Positions 35,683-43,972 of a stretch of DNA of 43,972 bases are shown in pieces (within the stretch, counting starts at the first letter, position 1; each line of letters begins with the position of its first letter). The DNA comes from Acidimicrobiales bacterium. Its GTDB lineage: Bacteria; Actinomycetota; Acidimicrobiia; Acidimicrobiales; JABEUL01. The DNA lies in NCBI GenBank assembly GCA_013044465.1, contig JABEUL010000223.1, forward strand, positions 1 through 43,972, written 5' to 3'. A model generated the notes under the pieces. It searched no databases, was not told the DNA's origin, and was given only the letters and a program-made list of their open reading frames with translations. Made by a program: the position numbers and the translations under genes.

Positions 35683-36893
35683 TACATCCACAGCCTGCTT
35701 CCAAGATCAGCTAAAGATGCAAGGTCACTTATTTCTGTATCGTAAAAAGGCACCGATGCCACGTAACCAGTAGTTTTAGCAAACGTCTTTTCGAGCGATG
35801 CCTCCTGAAGAGCTACGTTTTGGAAGTTTTGGAAACTAGTCCCAACTTCTTTCAATACACGGGAAACTGAATTTAAATCCACATCTCCACCAAATATCTT
35901 TCCAGCTAACTTATCTGCAATCTTGTCGGAATCTTCTCTCATTCTCTCTGCAACAGTTGCCGCATCTTTAGACCTAAATGATGATGGCAATACTTTGTTG
36001 AGTGCCATAACTTCCAAATTTAGCTTTCTGCGATTAAGCTCATCGACAAAAAACTTTGCCTCTCTAGCAGGCACGGGCTCTAAAGTGGAAACTACCATAA
36101 AACCGGTTCTGTCATCAGACAGTAAAAGGTCAACCCCTTGAGCTCTTTTAACGAATCCGTCATACATACTTTGGAATGCTACAAAGAACTCTGCAATGTC
36201 TTGTAGGAACTGAGAACCAAGTATCCTGTCGGCTATCTGATAGAAGGGCTTAGTCGCAATATTGACAATCCTGGATCTATATGGAGTGATCAACCATCTA
36301 AGCAGACGACTCGCAAAAAAGTCAGCCATTCTCTCAGGAGCATCTAGAAAGTCAAGAGCATTTCTTGTAGGTGGAGTATCTACAACAATCAAGTCATATT
36401 TCCCACTTGAATGCAAATCGTAAAGTCGCTCCATTGCAATGTATTCATGACTCTGCACAAATCGGCTCGTAATGTTGTGATAGAGGGGATTTACCAGGAT
36501 TGCATTGGCGGTTGCTACATCTGGAGCATGCCTTCTAATTAAGGCATCCCAGGACTGCTTGGTGTCGAGCATTGCTACGGAAAGCTGACCTTTTGGCGTT
36601 AGCCCAAGTTCATTAAATGCCTCAGCAGGGATCTCTCTTTCATCGTTTCCAATGCCCTCTAATCCAAGAGCATTTGCCAGACGTTTTGCTGGGTCAATCG
36701 TTAGGACTAAGACATTTTTTGGATACCTGAGGGCAGCTATGAGACCAGTGGCTGCAGCCGTTGTAGTCTTGCCGACGCCTCCTGGTCCACAGGCGATCAG
36801 CACTTCTTTAGTTGCCACCAGATCATCTAAATGGGAAGTGACAGGCGAGTCAGTCCGCTTAGAACGGGTTGATTTTGTGCCCGATGTAGCCAT
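35682..36893 (-). CDS. ArsA/Get3-like P-loop ATPase (Rv3680-like)
   Basis: Deviant Walker A CGPGGVGKTTTAAA and DTPPT. The ATG at 36893 lies 1 nt after the upstream stop and is preceded by GGTGAGGAAA. Confidence 0.8.
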   Translation of the reverse strand: MATSGTKSTRSKRTDSPVTSHLDDLVATKEVLIACGPGGVGKTTTAAATGLIAALRYPKNVLVLTIDPAKRLANALGLEGIGNDEREIPAEAFNELGLTPKGQLSVAMLDTKQSWDALIRRHAPDVATANAILVNPLYHNITSRFVQSHEYIAMERLYDLHSSGKYDLIVVDTPPTRNALDFLDAPERMADFFASRLLRWLITPYRSRIVNIATKPFYQIADRILGSQFLQDIAEFFVAFQSMYDGFVKRAQGVDLLLSDDRTGFMVVSTLEPVPAREAKFFVDELNRRKLNLEVMALNKVLPSSFRSKDAATVAERMREDSDKIADKLAGKIFGGDVDLNSVSRVLKEVGTSFQNFQNVALQEASLEKTFAKTTGYVASVPFYDTEISDLASLADLGSRLWM

Positions 36894-36894
36894 A

Positions 36895-37836
36895 TTAGAT
36901 TTCCTCACCTAGAGCATCAGCAGTTGCCCTTACAGCTCTTATCCCATCTAGGCGATTGAAACGGTAGGGGAGATAAATTAGAGGAATTGAACCAGCAACC
37001 TCTGACCTGAGTCTCTCAATATGTCCTAATCTAGACCGCCTAAGTGTGACTGCCAGTCGTGCAGCATCTAAAACCGGCTGAGAATCACCTTTAGTTTCTT
37101 GAGTCAAAATATCTATGCTCTCACTAGATTTTAAGCTCTCAAAAATCTCTTCGTCGGTGTGGGAAAAAAGCTCGGGGAGAACCTGGTTAACAACTACAGC
37201 TTGAAGATTTACTGTAGTTTCATTTGCAATTCTCTTAGTAAGCTCAAGTGTTTCATTGACAGGCATCTCCTCAGGCGTTGAAACAATAACTACACCTGTT
37301 TTTTCTTTGTCAGAGAGAATATCTAGCATCCAGCCGGTTTGAGATCTAACAGGTCCGACTTTAACCAAATCCCTAATTGCCTGCGGAGCTGCTAATTGAC
37401 CCACAATATGTCCAGTAGGAGAAGCATCAACAATGACTATGTCATAGTGCTTCTCTTTCACCTCCCAGCAAAGCTTTCCCACAGTTAGAATCTCCCTCAC
37501 ACCTGGAGCTGCGGTTGCTACGAACTCGAAAGCCTTTGCAACTGGCCCGATTCTGCCAATTACGGGAACTCTAAGTTGAAGTTTGAGATACTCCCTTAGA
37601 GAGGCTTCGGTGTTCATGGACATGGCCGTCAAGTTGTCATTGACCTCAGTCCCAGAAAACGGTGTGGGCCCGCACTCGAAAGATGCCGAAAGATCATCTT
37701 TAGGCTCAACTTCACATATCAGTACTTTTTTGCCCTGCTCGGCTGCCAGCCAGGCGAGACCAGTTGCAACAGTAGTCTTGCCTACGCCGCCTTTCCCGGT
37801 TACAAAAAGGAGAGATGAATCGAGCAGTTGGCTCAC
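36895..37836 (-). CDS. ArsA/Get3-like P-loop ATPase (Rv3679-like)
   Basis: Walker A VTGKGGVGKTTVA and DASPTGH. The start overlaps the DUF3107 stop by 4 nt. Confidence 0.8.
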   Translation of the reverse strand: MSQLLDSSLLFVTGKGGVGKTTVATGLAWLAAEQGKKVLICEVEPKDDLSASFECGPTPFSGTEVNDNLTAMSMNTEASLREYLKLQLRVPVIGRIGPVAKAFEFVATAAPGVREILTVGKLCWEVKEKHYDIVIVDASPTGHIVGQLAAPQAIRDLVKVGPVRSQTGWMLDILSDKEKTGVVIVSTPEEMPVNETLELTKRIANETTVNLQAVVVNQVLPELFSHTDEEIFESLKSSESIDILTQETKGDSQPVLDAARLAVTLRRSRLGHIERLRSEVAGSIPLIYLPYRFNRLDGIRAVRATADALGEEI

Positions 37837-38072
37837 AGCGCTCCGAAACCAACCCTGCGTTCTTCTGTGCCACTAGTAACTTCCACATATGCAACTTTTG
37901 TGACTGGAATCCCGATCTTTGTATTTTTACGATCGGTTAACCAAATCACGCCCTCAGATTTTTCCATAGCATCTTCGATTATTTTGAGAATTTCGTCTCT
38001 GGTGGTACTGTCACCAAACTCGATTGCCAATTCCTTTGGGGCTTGTGATATTCCAATGCGAACTTCAATCAA
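37833..38072 (-). CDS. DUF3107 family protein (Rv3678A-like)
   Basis: 79 aa. (M)IEVRIGISQAPKELAIEF...WLTDRKNTKIGIPVTKVAYVEV...RRVGFG matches my memory of the DUF3107 pattern. The TTG start is preceded by AGGAGTAAGGAA. Confidence 0.75.
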   Translation of the reverse strand: MIEVRIGISQAPKELAIEFGDSTTRDEILKIIEDAMEKSEGVIWLTDRKNTKIGIPVTKVAYVEVTSGTEERRVGFGAL

Positions 38073-38144
38073 TTCCTTACTCCTATTTTCGTGAGCAGTC
38101 TCACTCGATCCAACTCGTTTACTAACTTCTATCGTATTGCCTTC

Positions 38145-39149
38145 TCAGGGCCTAAGAGCCCGAATTGCCTCCCTGTCATCCACACCCACTGGAATGACCG
38201 CCATTACAGGGGTAGTTACACCGTTTTCTACATACCTTCTTATGTGTTCTTTGCACTCCTGGTATGAGCCGTGCACAATCAAGTCATCTACCACCTGGTC
38301 TGGTATTTCTTGAAGTGCTTTTTGTCTATCTCCTGATTTCCAAGCCTCCCACATGCCAGAAAGTTGCTCTCCTCTTCCCAACCACTCGTGAAATGCCGCA
38401 TATACGGGAACATTTAAGTACGCAGCAATTGCCATCCTTCCCACAGCTCTTGCGGTGTCAGCGTCCTCGCTTGGGATTACAAAAATCCTGGCAATGATCT
38501 CTCTATCTTCACCCTTCGACCCTTTGAGCACCTCAGTAACTGCCTTTTTGACGTCATTTGCTCCTAACCAGTTCAGAATGGCCCCTTCTGCCTCACGACC
38601 AGCTAGTTGGAGCATATGTGGTCTGAGACCAGCAACCATTATGGGCGGCACTTGCCTGACATCTCCTTGTCCTCTCCTTCTTCCGAGTTTAAAACCCTCC
38701 ACCTTGAAGGTCTCATACTCATGCTTGACTTTTTGCCCCGTTAGGGCCTCTTTGAGAAATCTGACAGTGTCTCTCACCTTGGCAAGGGGGGCTTCAAAGC
38801 GGATATCATTCCACCTTTCAACAATCACATTTGACGACGTTCCAATTCCAAAGGCAAATCTTCCCTGGGCGAGTTCGCTAAGAGTATCTACCTGCATGGC
38901 CAAAAGAGCCGGTCCTCTAGTAAATGCAGGAACAACTGCCGATCCAAGTCTTAGCTCCGGGGCAGCCATAGCAGCAATTGCCAGGGGCACAAAGGCATCT
39001 GTGCCGTCGGCCTCTGCCGACCAGACGTCGCTGTAGCCAAGATCTTGCAGCTCTTTATACCATTCACCTTGTTCATAGAGTGGCACGCCTTCAAAGGGAA
39101 TCGTAATTCCCCATCTTTCACTTTGTTTTGGGTCATTTGCATGGGGCAT
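38145..39149 (-). CDS. LLM-class (luciferase-like) F420-dependent oxidoreductase
   Basis: RWGITIPFEGVPL...LGYSDVWSAEADGTDAFVPLA...LGSAVVPAFTRGPALLAMQ...FGIGTSS is typical of actinobacterial F420-dependent LLM enzymes. The start (ATG 39149) has no SD and may be leaderless (TAGATT 7 nt upstream). The TTG at 39239 is the alternative. Confidence 0.75.
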   Translation of the reverse strand: MPHANDPKQSERWGITIPFEGVPLYEQGEWYKELQDLGYSDVWSAEADGTDAFVPLAIAAMAAPELRLGSAVVPAFTRGPALLAMQVDTLSELAQGRFAFGIGTSSNVIVERWNDIRFEAPLAKVRDTVRFLKEALTGQKVKHEYETFKVEGFKLGRRRGQGDVRQVPPIMVAGLRPHMLQLAGREAEGAILNWLGANDVKKAVTEVLKGSKGEDREIIARIFVIPSEDADTARAVGRMAIAAYLNVPVYAAFHEWLGRGEQLSGMWEAWKSGDRQKALQEIPDQVVDDLIVHGSYQECKEHIRRYVENGVTTPVMAVIPVGVDDREAIRALRP

Positions 39150-39292
39150 TTTAGGGAATCTAGTAGAAAAGTGGGCAAATTGGAAATTCAGAGCGAGATT
39201 TTCTTGGCCGACTCCTGGATCTTTGGAAAAAGTGCTCAAATAAATGCCGAAACTTAGTTAAAAATTAGCCAATTGGCTAAATTCGACATTTT

Positions 39293-39664
39293 TTGCCCCA
39301 ACTATTAGCCCAAAGTGTCATAGCGGTATGGATTAATGGTCTTATGACAGCAAGTAACAGAGAAACTTCAGAAAAGTTAGTTGAATTCATAAGCCTGAGG
39401 GAAGTGCATCAACCCCTAAATTTCCAGTTTCAAGGAAAAGATCGCCCTCAGAATCGCTCAAGGATACAGCGTGTCTCAAGGGCCTCTAAAAGACGTGAGA
39501 AGGCTATGGAGGCCATCTCTAATTGCAAAGCAATATTAGAAGGTGCCCGCCCAAGTGAACCAGAGCCAACATACATTGGACCAAGTGACATTTCCGTAAT
39601 AGGGAAAAGTAAGTCTTATTACGTTGAACGAGGTCAAATTGGCGACCACTTGCCTGCAGCATAA
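39293..39664 (+). CDS. hypothetical protein (123 aa or shorter)
   Basis: ORF only. It has a basic central region (RSRIQRVSRASKRREK), no recognisable family and an uncertain start. Confidence 0.3.
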   Translation: MPQLLAQSVIAVWINGLMTASNRETSEKLVEFISLREVHQPLNFQFQGKDRPQNRSRIQRVSRASKRREKAMEAISNCKAILEGARPSEPEPTYIGPSDISVIGKSKSYYVERGQIGDHLPAA

Positions 39665-39720
39665 GTGCTAAAAACAGGAGTTTTTCTTAGCTCCTATCGA
39701 TATAGACTACGGTCATAAGT

Positions 39721-40557
39721 ATGACCGGGCCTGACACACTTGTTGAAAAGCTGGGATTAGCACCTGATAGCCGTGCTTTAATTATCTCTGTCAGAGGGCT
39801 TGGCATGTCACAATCCTCCACTGACGCATGTTACGAGGCTATAAGAGATGGCATTGCCACAAGTAGCTCCGTAATGGTTCCGTGCTGTTGGTCACGCTTC
39901 GCAGCGGCTATTTTTAGGGGTGAAGATATTGGTGTTGAACTCACCTTGAATGCCGAGTTTGACCAATACCGATGGGGACCAATTACTCAAGCTCCATCAC
40001 TTTTAGATGGAGATGGCGGTTTCCCAAGAACTCCTGAGGATCTTTGGGAGCACGCTGATGTCGATGAGACTAGGCGAGAGTGTCGATCCCAAATAGAAAG
40101 GGCAGTACTTTGGGGTTTTCCCGTGACACATTTGACTACGCACTTACAGGCAATGGAGAGGCGTCCCGAACTGTTTGACGTTTTTTTGGAGATGGCCGAG
40201 GAGTTTTCACTTCCGATTCGTTTAAGTTCAAAGCCAATTGAAGATGCAATAGGGTTTCCAATTAGGCGACTTGCAGCTTCAGCCGGCATTTTATTTCCTG
40301 ACCACTTAGTTGAGTATGGAGGCAACAGTAGTTCAGACTTTTCCGAATTTCTTTCACATTTGGATCATGGCGTGACCGAGATGGTTGTGGACGTAGCACT
40401 TGAAACTCCAGAGATGAGAGCAATTACGCCCACTTGGACAAAACGAGTAGAGAATCTAAAGGCTATAACCGATGCCACAGAGCTTGACCTATCCAAGTCA
40501 AAGATAGACCTTATTGGATATAGGGACCTTTGCAATCTAATGCGTAAAGGTCGATAA
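39721..40557 (+). CDS. YdjC/ChbG-family carbohydrate deacetylase homolog with a divergent active site
   Basis: The overall pattern aligns by eye to ChbG/YdjC (LIISVRGLGMS.. vs LIVNADDFGLS; ATSSSVMV; VTHLTTH vs PTHLDSH). The canonical DD and GxH residues are substituted. Confidence 0.6.
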   Translation: MTGPDTLVEKLGLAPDSRALIISVRGLGMSQSSTDACYEAIRDGIATSSSVMVPCCWSRFAAAIFRGEDIGVELTLNAEFDQYRWGPITQAPSLLDGDGGFPRTPEDLWEHADVDETRRECRSQIERAVLWGFPVTHLTTHLQAMERRPELFDVFLEMAEEFSLPIRLSSKPIEDAIGFPIRRLAASAGILFPDHLVEYGGNSSSDFSEFLSHLDHGVTEMVVDVALETPEMRAITPTWTKRVENLKAITDATELDLSKSKIDLIGYRDLCNLMRKGR

Positions 40558-40599
40558 AAACCTCAGTCAAGGCATTGAGTTTTAGTCTCGAAAAAGCTA

Positions 40600-40989
40600 T
40601 TAAAACTCAGTAATAGCTGTAATGTCTGCTTGGAGTTGCTTGTAGTCAGGGGAGTTGGTAATGGGCAAAAGTCCCATTAATTTGGCCATATTGCCAGTCA
40701 CTTTGATTCGTCCTTGCATGAATGCCGTATTGGCATCAAGGTCACCTTTTTGGACACTTCTGTGGTCGTCCATAGTCATGGTCATAGTTACCTCGGCATC
40801 TGGAAGGTCACCAAGTTTGGCTTCTAACAACTTTCCGTTTTCCAAAACCCAGTAGTAGTGAACGTCATTTCCATCCGGAGTGTCAGTAATCACATACTGC
40901 ATTTTTGCCGTTGCCCCAGGACGTTCTGGCTGTGAACTAGCCATCTCTTTAGATTCATCCATCCACTCTTGAGTAAGCCATTTGGACAT
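40600..40989 (-). CDS. SCP2 sterol-binding domain protein
   Basis: 129 aa with C-terminal DLDANTAFMQGRIKVTGNMAKLMGL, characteristic of SCP2 domains. Confidence 0.75.
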   Translation of the reverse strand: MSKWLTQEWMDESKEMASSQPERPGATAKMQYVITDTPDGNDVHYYWVLENGKLLEAKLGDLPDAEVTMTMTMDDHRSVQKGDLDANTAFMQGRIKVTGNMAKLMGLLPITNSPDYKQLQADITAITEF

Positions 40990-41058
40990 AAAACCAATCC
41001 TCCTTTTAGTCTTTCAACTAGTTGCGCTCAAGGCAACACTAGCCGAAAATAATGCGTC

Positions 41059-41961
41059 TTACCTAACTCCCGAAAAAAGGTCGTTTTCAAGCTCATCGTC
41101 TGGTTCATTGCTCTTTTTAGAATCGACTGTATTTTGGGTCAGATCAATTGCCAAGTGGTAATCATCAAAGGGATAGATGTTATCCATTACTTCAGGTGGA
41201 AGCCCGAACCAGAACTTGGAGTTGGGATCTATCTGGGTGGCGTGGGCTAACAGGGCATTTCTTCTTACATGTGTGAACTTTGACACATCGATGCTTGTAG
41301 TGGTTGTGTCAACTTCTGATTCCGTTCGATTTAGCCATTTTTCGTCGAATGGTGACTCCAAGGAAAGCTCTAAAAACTTTTTGTGCATCTCTTCGAATCT
41401 GGTCCTTCGCCAAACTGAGTAATAAAGCTTTTTAGGGGTGTGTACTTCACCAAATTCAGGGTATTTCTCTGGATCTGCGGCGGCATAAAAAGCTGGAACT
41501 GAGATTTCATGTACCTTAAGGTGATCAGGGTGAGGATAACCCTGTTGATCTGACCCGTAGGTGATAATTACATCGGGTCTTTCAAGCCTTATTATCTCAA
41601 CTAATTTTCCAACCGCCTCATCTATGGGGGCATTTGCAAAACACTCAGGATTGCCGTTGGCTTCGGATCCAGCCATTCCAGAGTCTCGGTAACCGAGGCG
41701 GTAGATCTTGTCAAAGCCGATGATTTCTGCTGCCAAATCCAGTTCTTTGGCGCGAATATTTGCTATATCTGCCTTAGTTTTTTCATAATCCAAGGAAGGG
41801 TTCAAGATGTCGCCTTCTTCGCCGCCAGTTGCAGTTACCAGGACGGTTCTAATGCCTTCCTGCGAAGCTTTTGCCACGCTACCTGCGCCTTTAGAGGACT
41901 CATCGTCTGGATGGGCGTGAATGGTCATCAAACATAGATTTACGGGACCCGTGTTTTTCAT
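41059..41961 (-). CDS. mca: mycothiol S-conjugate amidase Mca (LmbE family)
   Basis: MTIHAHPDDESSKGAG, LVTATGGEEGDILNP, GYPHPDHLKVHEISV, ALLAHATQIDPNSKFW and C-terminal DLFSG closely follow my memory of mycobacterial Mca. The start is set at MKNTGPV. Confidence 0.8.
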   Translation of the reverse strand: MKNTGPVNLCLMTIHAHPDDESSKGAGSVAKASQEGIRTVLVTATGGEEGDILNPSLDYEKTKADIANIRAKELDLAAEIIGFDKIYRLGYRDSGMAGSEANGNPECFANAPIDEAVGKLVEIIRLERPDVIITYGSDQQGYPHPDHLKVHEISVPAFYAAADPEKYPEFGEVHTPKKLYYSVWRRTRFEEMHKKFLELSLESPFDEKWLNRTESEVDTTTTSIDVSKFTHVRRNALLAHATQIDPNSKFWFGLPPEVMDNIYPFDDYHLAIDLTQNTVDSKKSNEPDDELENDLFSGVR

Positions 41962-42215
41962 GTCAATTAGGCTAGTTGGAACAGGTGGACAACATAGCAA
42001 ATTTAGGAAGAAAGCGACAGAAATGGGCTTATTGCAAGATTTCAGGTTCAGTCAAAGTGGGTCAAGAATCGGAAATTGACCCTATTTCCCTTTCAAAGGC
42101 TAAATTAGGGTCCGCGTGGTGACACGGTGGTTAAATTCAATCTACAATCGGTATTATCCAGTCGGGGGCGGCTGGTTAAGCGCTGACAGGAGTTGGCGAG
42201 AAAGGAATTTGCTAA

Positions 42216-42989
42216 ATGGGTGTTATGAAAAGGCTCTCAGGCATCGTTCAAGCCAAAGCAAATAAAGTGCTTGACAAGGCAGAAGATCCACGAGAGACGT
42301 TAGATCTTTCCTACGAGAAGCAGTTAGAGATGCTGCAACAAGTTAGGAGAGGAGTTGCCGATGTTGCTACTTCTAGAAAAAGAATAGAGCTCCAAGCTCA
42401 ACAGCTACAAGCTCAAGCAACAAAGCTCCAAGACCAGGCCAAACAAGCACTTTCTCAAAATAGAGAAGATTTGGCAACCGAAGCTCTTACGAGGCGGGCA
42501 ACTATTGCCAATCAGTTGACTGACTTAGAAACCCAGCACCAGCAACTCCAAGCTCAAGAGGAGAAACTAATAGCAACTTCTAAGCAGCTCCAAACTCGTG
42601 TAGAAGCTTTTAGGACTCAAAAAGAGACTCTCAAGGCCAGTTACTCTGCAGCTCAAGCTCAAACCAAGATCTCTGAAGCCGTCACGGGACTCTCTGAAGA
42701 GATGGGTGACATCGGACTTTCAATGCAGAGAGCTCAAGACAAAGTTGTCCAGATGCAGGCACGTGCCGGTGCGATGGACGAACTTATGAGTACTGGTGCA
42801 CTAGATGACGTGATGGGCACTACTGATTCACTTCAAAATGAATTGAATAAAACTGCGGCATCTGGTCAAGTCGAACTTGAACTGGCTCAACTAAAAGGGG
42901 AGTTAGGAATGGCTTCAGCTCCCGCTGCTCTAGATAGTGGCGCTCCGGCTCCAACTGAAGCAGCTCCAAGCGAGGAGGCACCGAAATGA
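42216..42989 (+). CDS. pspA: PspA/IM30 family envelope-stress protein
   Basis: N-terminus RLSGIVQAKANKVLDKAEDPRETLD followed by a long Gln/Ala-rich coiled coil. 257 aa. Confidence 0.88.
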   Translation: MGVMKRLSGIVQAKANKVLDKAEDPRETLDLSYEKQLEMLQQVRRGVADVATSRKRIELQAQQLQAQATKLQDQAKQALSQNREDLATEALTRRATIANQLTDLETQHQQLQAQEEKLIATSKQLQTRVEAFRTQKETLKASYSAAQAQTKISEAVTGLSEEMGDIGLSMQRAQDKVVQMQARAGAMDELMSTGALDDVMGTTDSLQNELNKTAASGQVELELAQLKGELGMASAPAALDSGAPAPTEAAPSEEAPK

Positions 42990-43255
42990 TTGTAAGAATA
43001 TTAGGCGAAGGTAAATTCGAATTTCCAGAGAGCGAACTTGCCAAACTAGAAGCACTCGATGACATGATGGTCAAGGCCATTGAATCATCTGATGAAGAAG
43101 CATTTCAAAATGCTCTTAATGCACTTATTGAGAAAGTGCGTCAAGAAGGCAAGCCTGCCGATATCGAGAATTTGGATCCCTCTGATTTGGCAATTCCACA
43201 CGAGGGCTCAACCTTGAGTGAAGTCAAAGAACTTTTAGAGGAAGGGTCGAGCTAG
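42986..43255 (+). CDS. PspA-associated protein PspAA
   Basis: 89 aa and acidic, with N-terminus MIVRILGEGKFEF and ...LDPSDLAIPHEGSTLSEVKELL, matching the actinobacterial PspAA pattern. The ATG overlaps the pspA stop (ATGA). Confidence 0.7.
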   Translation: MIVRILGEGKFEFPESELAKLEALDDMMVKAIESSDEEAFQNALNALIEKVRQEGKPADIENLDPSDLAIPHEGSTLSEVKELLEEGSS

Positions 43256-43258
43256 CGG

Positions 43259-43972
43259 GTGGCCCGCACACGTTTTAGTACAGACCGAGGACTTTCATTT
43301 CGAATGTTTGTCGTCGGTCTTTTACTACTTATCTTATTTGTTGCATTAAGCGGAGTTCTTTTCTTGCTTAAGGTGCCGGTGATCTTTGCAATTGGAATCT
43401 CGGTAGTTATTTTAGTAGGCCAAATTTGGTTCAGTGGTCCTATTGCCCTTTATTCAATGGGGGGCAAAGAAGTGCAACCCAACGAGGCTCCTCAGTTGCA
43501 CGGAATAATTGACCGTCTTTGTGCACTTGCCGATATGCCTAAACCTCGGGTAGCTATAGCTGACACCGATATCCCAAATGCTTTTGCAACTGGGAGAAGC
43601 CCCAAAGCATCAGTGGTGTGTGTGACAACTGGTCTTATGAGAAGGCTCAATGAGCCTGAAGTTGAAGCTGTATTGGCACATGAACTCTCACATGTGGCCC
43701 ATCGGGATGTCGCTGTGATGACAATTGCCGGATTTTTGGGACTCATGGCAGGGATGCTCACTCGTTTTGCTTACTATGCTGGGCTTTTCGGCGGCTTTGG
43801 GGAGGAGGATCGAAATGGTGGAAATGCTGTAGGCGTTGAGCTGATCGTTATGCTCGTTTCAATTGTGGTCTATGCCATTAGTTTTTTATTGACCCGTGCG
43901 CTTTCTCGCTATCGTGAGTTGGCAGCAGACAGATCAGGAGCCATTCTCATTGGCAGGCCATCACTTTTAAAA
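43259..43972 (+). CDS. htpX: zinc metalloprotease HtpX (M48 family), 3'-truncated by the window end
   Basis: This frame is absent from the ORF track because it has no stop within the window. It begins at a GTG 3 nt after the pspAA stop. It has TM helices, NAFATGRSPK and the HEXXH motif (AHELSHVAHRD). Confidence 0.85.
   Translation, partial: MARTRFSTDRGLSFRMFVVGLLLLILFVALSGVLFLLKVPVIFAIGISVVILVGQIWFSGPIALYSMGGKEVQPNEAPQLHGIIDRLCALADMPKPRVAIADTDIPNAFATGRSPKASVVCVTTGLMRRLNEPEVEAVLAHELSHVAHRDVAVMTIAGFLGLMAGMLTRFAYYAGLFGGFGEEDRNGGNAVGVELIVMLVSIVVYAISFLLTRALSRYRELAADRSGAILIGRPSLLK

Noticed and set aside
43492-43761. An 89-aa minus-strand ORF
   Set aside because: It is antisense to the htpX frame, which carries the HEXXH motif and TM helices. 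That plus-strand frame is open to the window end, so it was omitted from the ORF track.

Overview
The window is about 44 kb of tightly packed chromosomal DNA with about 50 protein-coding genes. I found no rRNA, tRNA, CRISPR array, transposase or integrase. All family calls come from reading motifs in the supplied translations; no searches were run.

The gene content points to an Actinobacterium: WhiB1-like regulator, PdtaS-like kinase, mycothiol amidase Mca, DUF3107 with paired ArsA-like ATPases, the DUF3090/SCO1664/phosphomutase triad, PspA-PspAA, and an F420-type LLM oxidoreductase. AT-rich codon usage, many 1-10 nt gene overlaps and convergent genes separated by 0-2 nt suggest a streamlined, low-GC freshwater lineage (acI/Nanopelagicales-like). 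That taxonomic placement is inference.

Most of the window is ordinary housekeeping:
- acyl-CoA metabolism (MeaA-like B12 mutase, hbd, crotonase, etfBA)
- ThiC behind a clear TPP riboswitch, and Bcp
- cell-envelope enzymes (LCP, NlpC/P60)
- phosphate scavenging (Tat-exported phospholipase C, GDPD)
- peptidases and hydrolases

The best candidates for undescribed biology are:
1. a four-gene operon coupling an FrhB-type Fe-S/flavin protein to the conserved actinobacterial triad histidine phosphatase / DUF3090 / SCO1664 kinase-like protein (22081-25118)
2. a translationally coupled five-gene operon DUF3107 / ArsA-like / ArsA-like / O-methyltransferase / PHP phosphoesterase (34147-38072)
3. a membrane-anchored glycine-rich protein isolated by unusually long AT-rich spacers (15045-17203)
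4. an orphan two-gene cassette flanked by 226 and 364 bp of non-coding DNA (32550-34146)
5. a CsoR-controlled permease carrying two YHS metal-binding domains, with a CsoR-type operator (383-2215)
6. a crcB-DUF190-crcB fluoride module with no recognisable fluoride riboswitch
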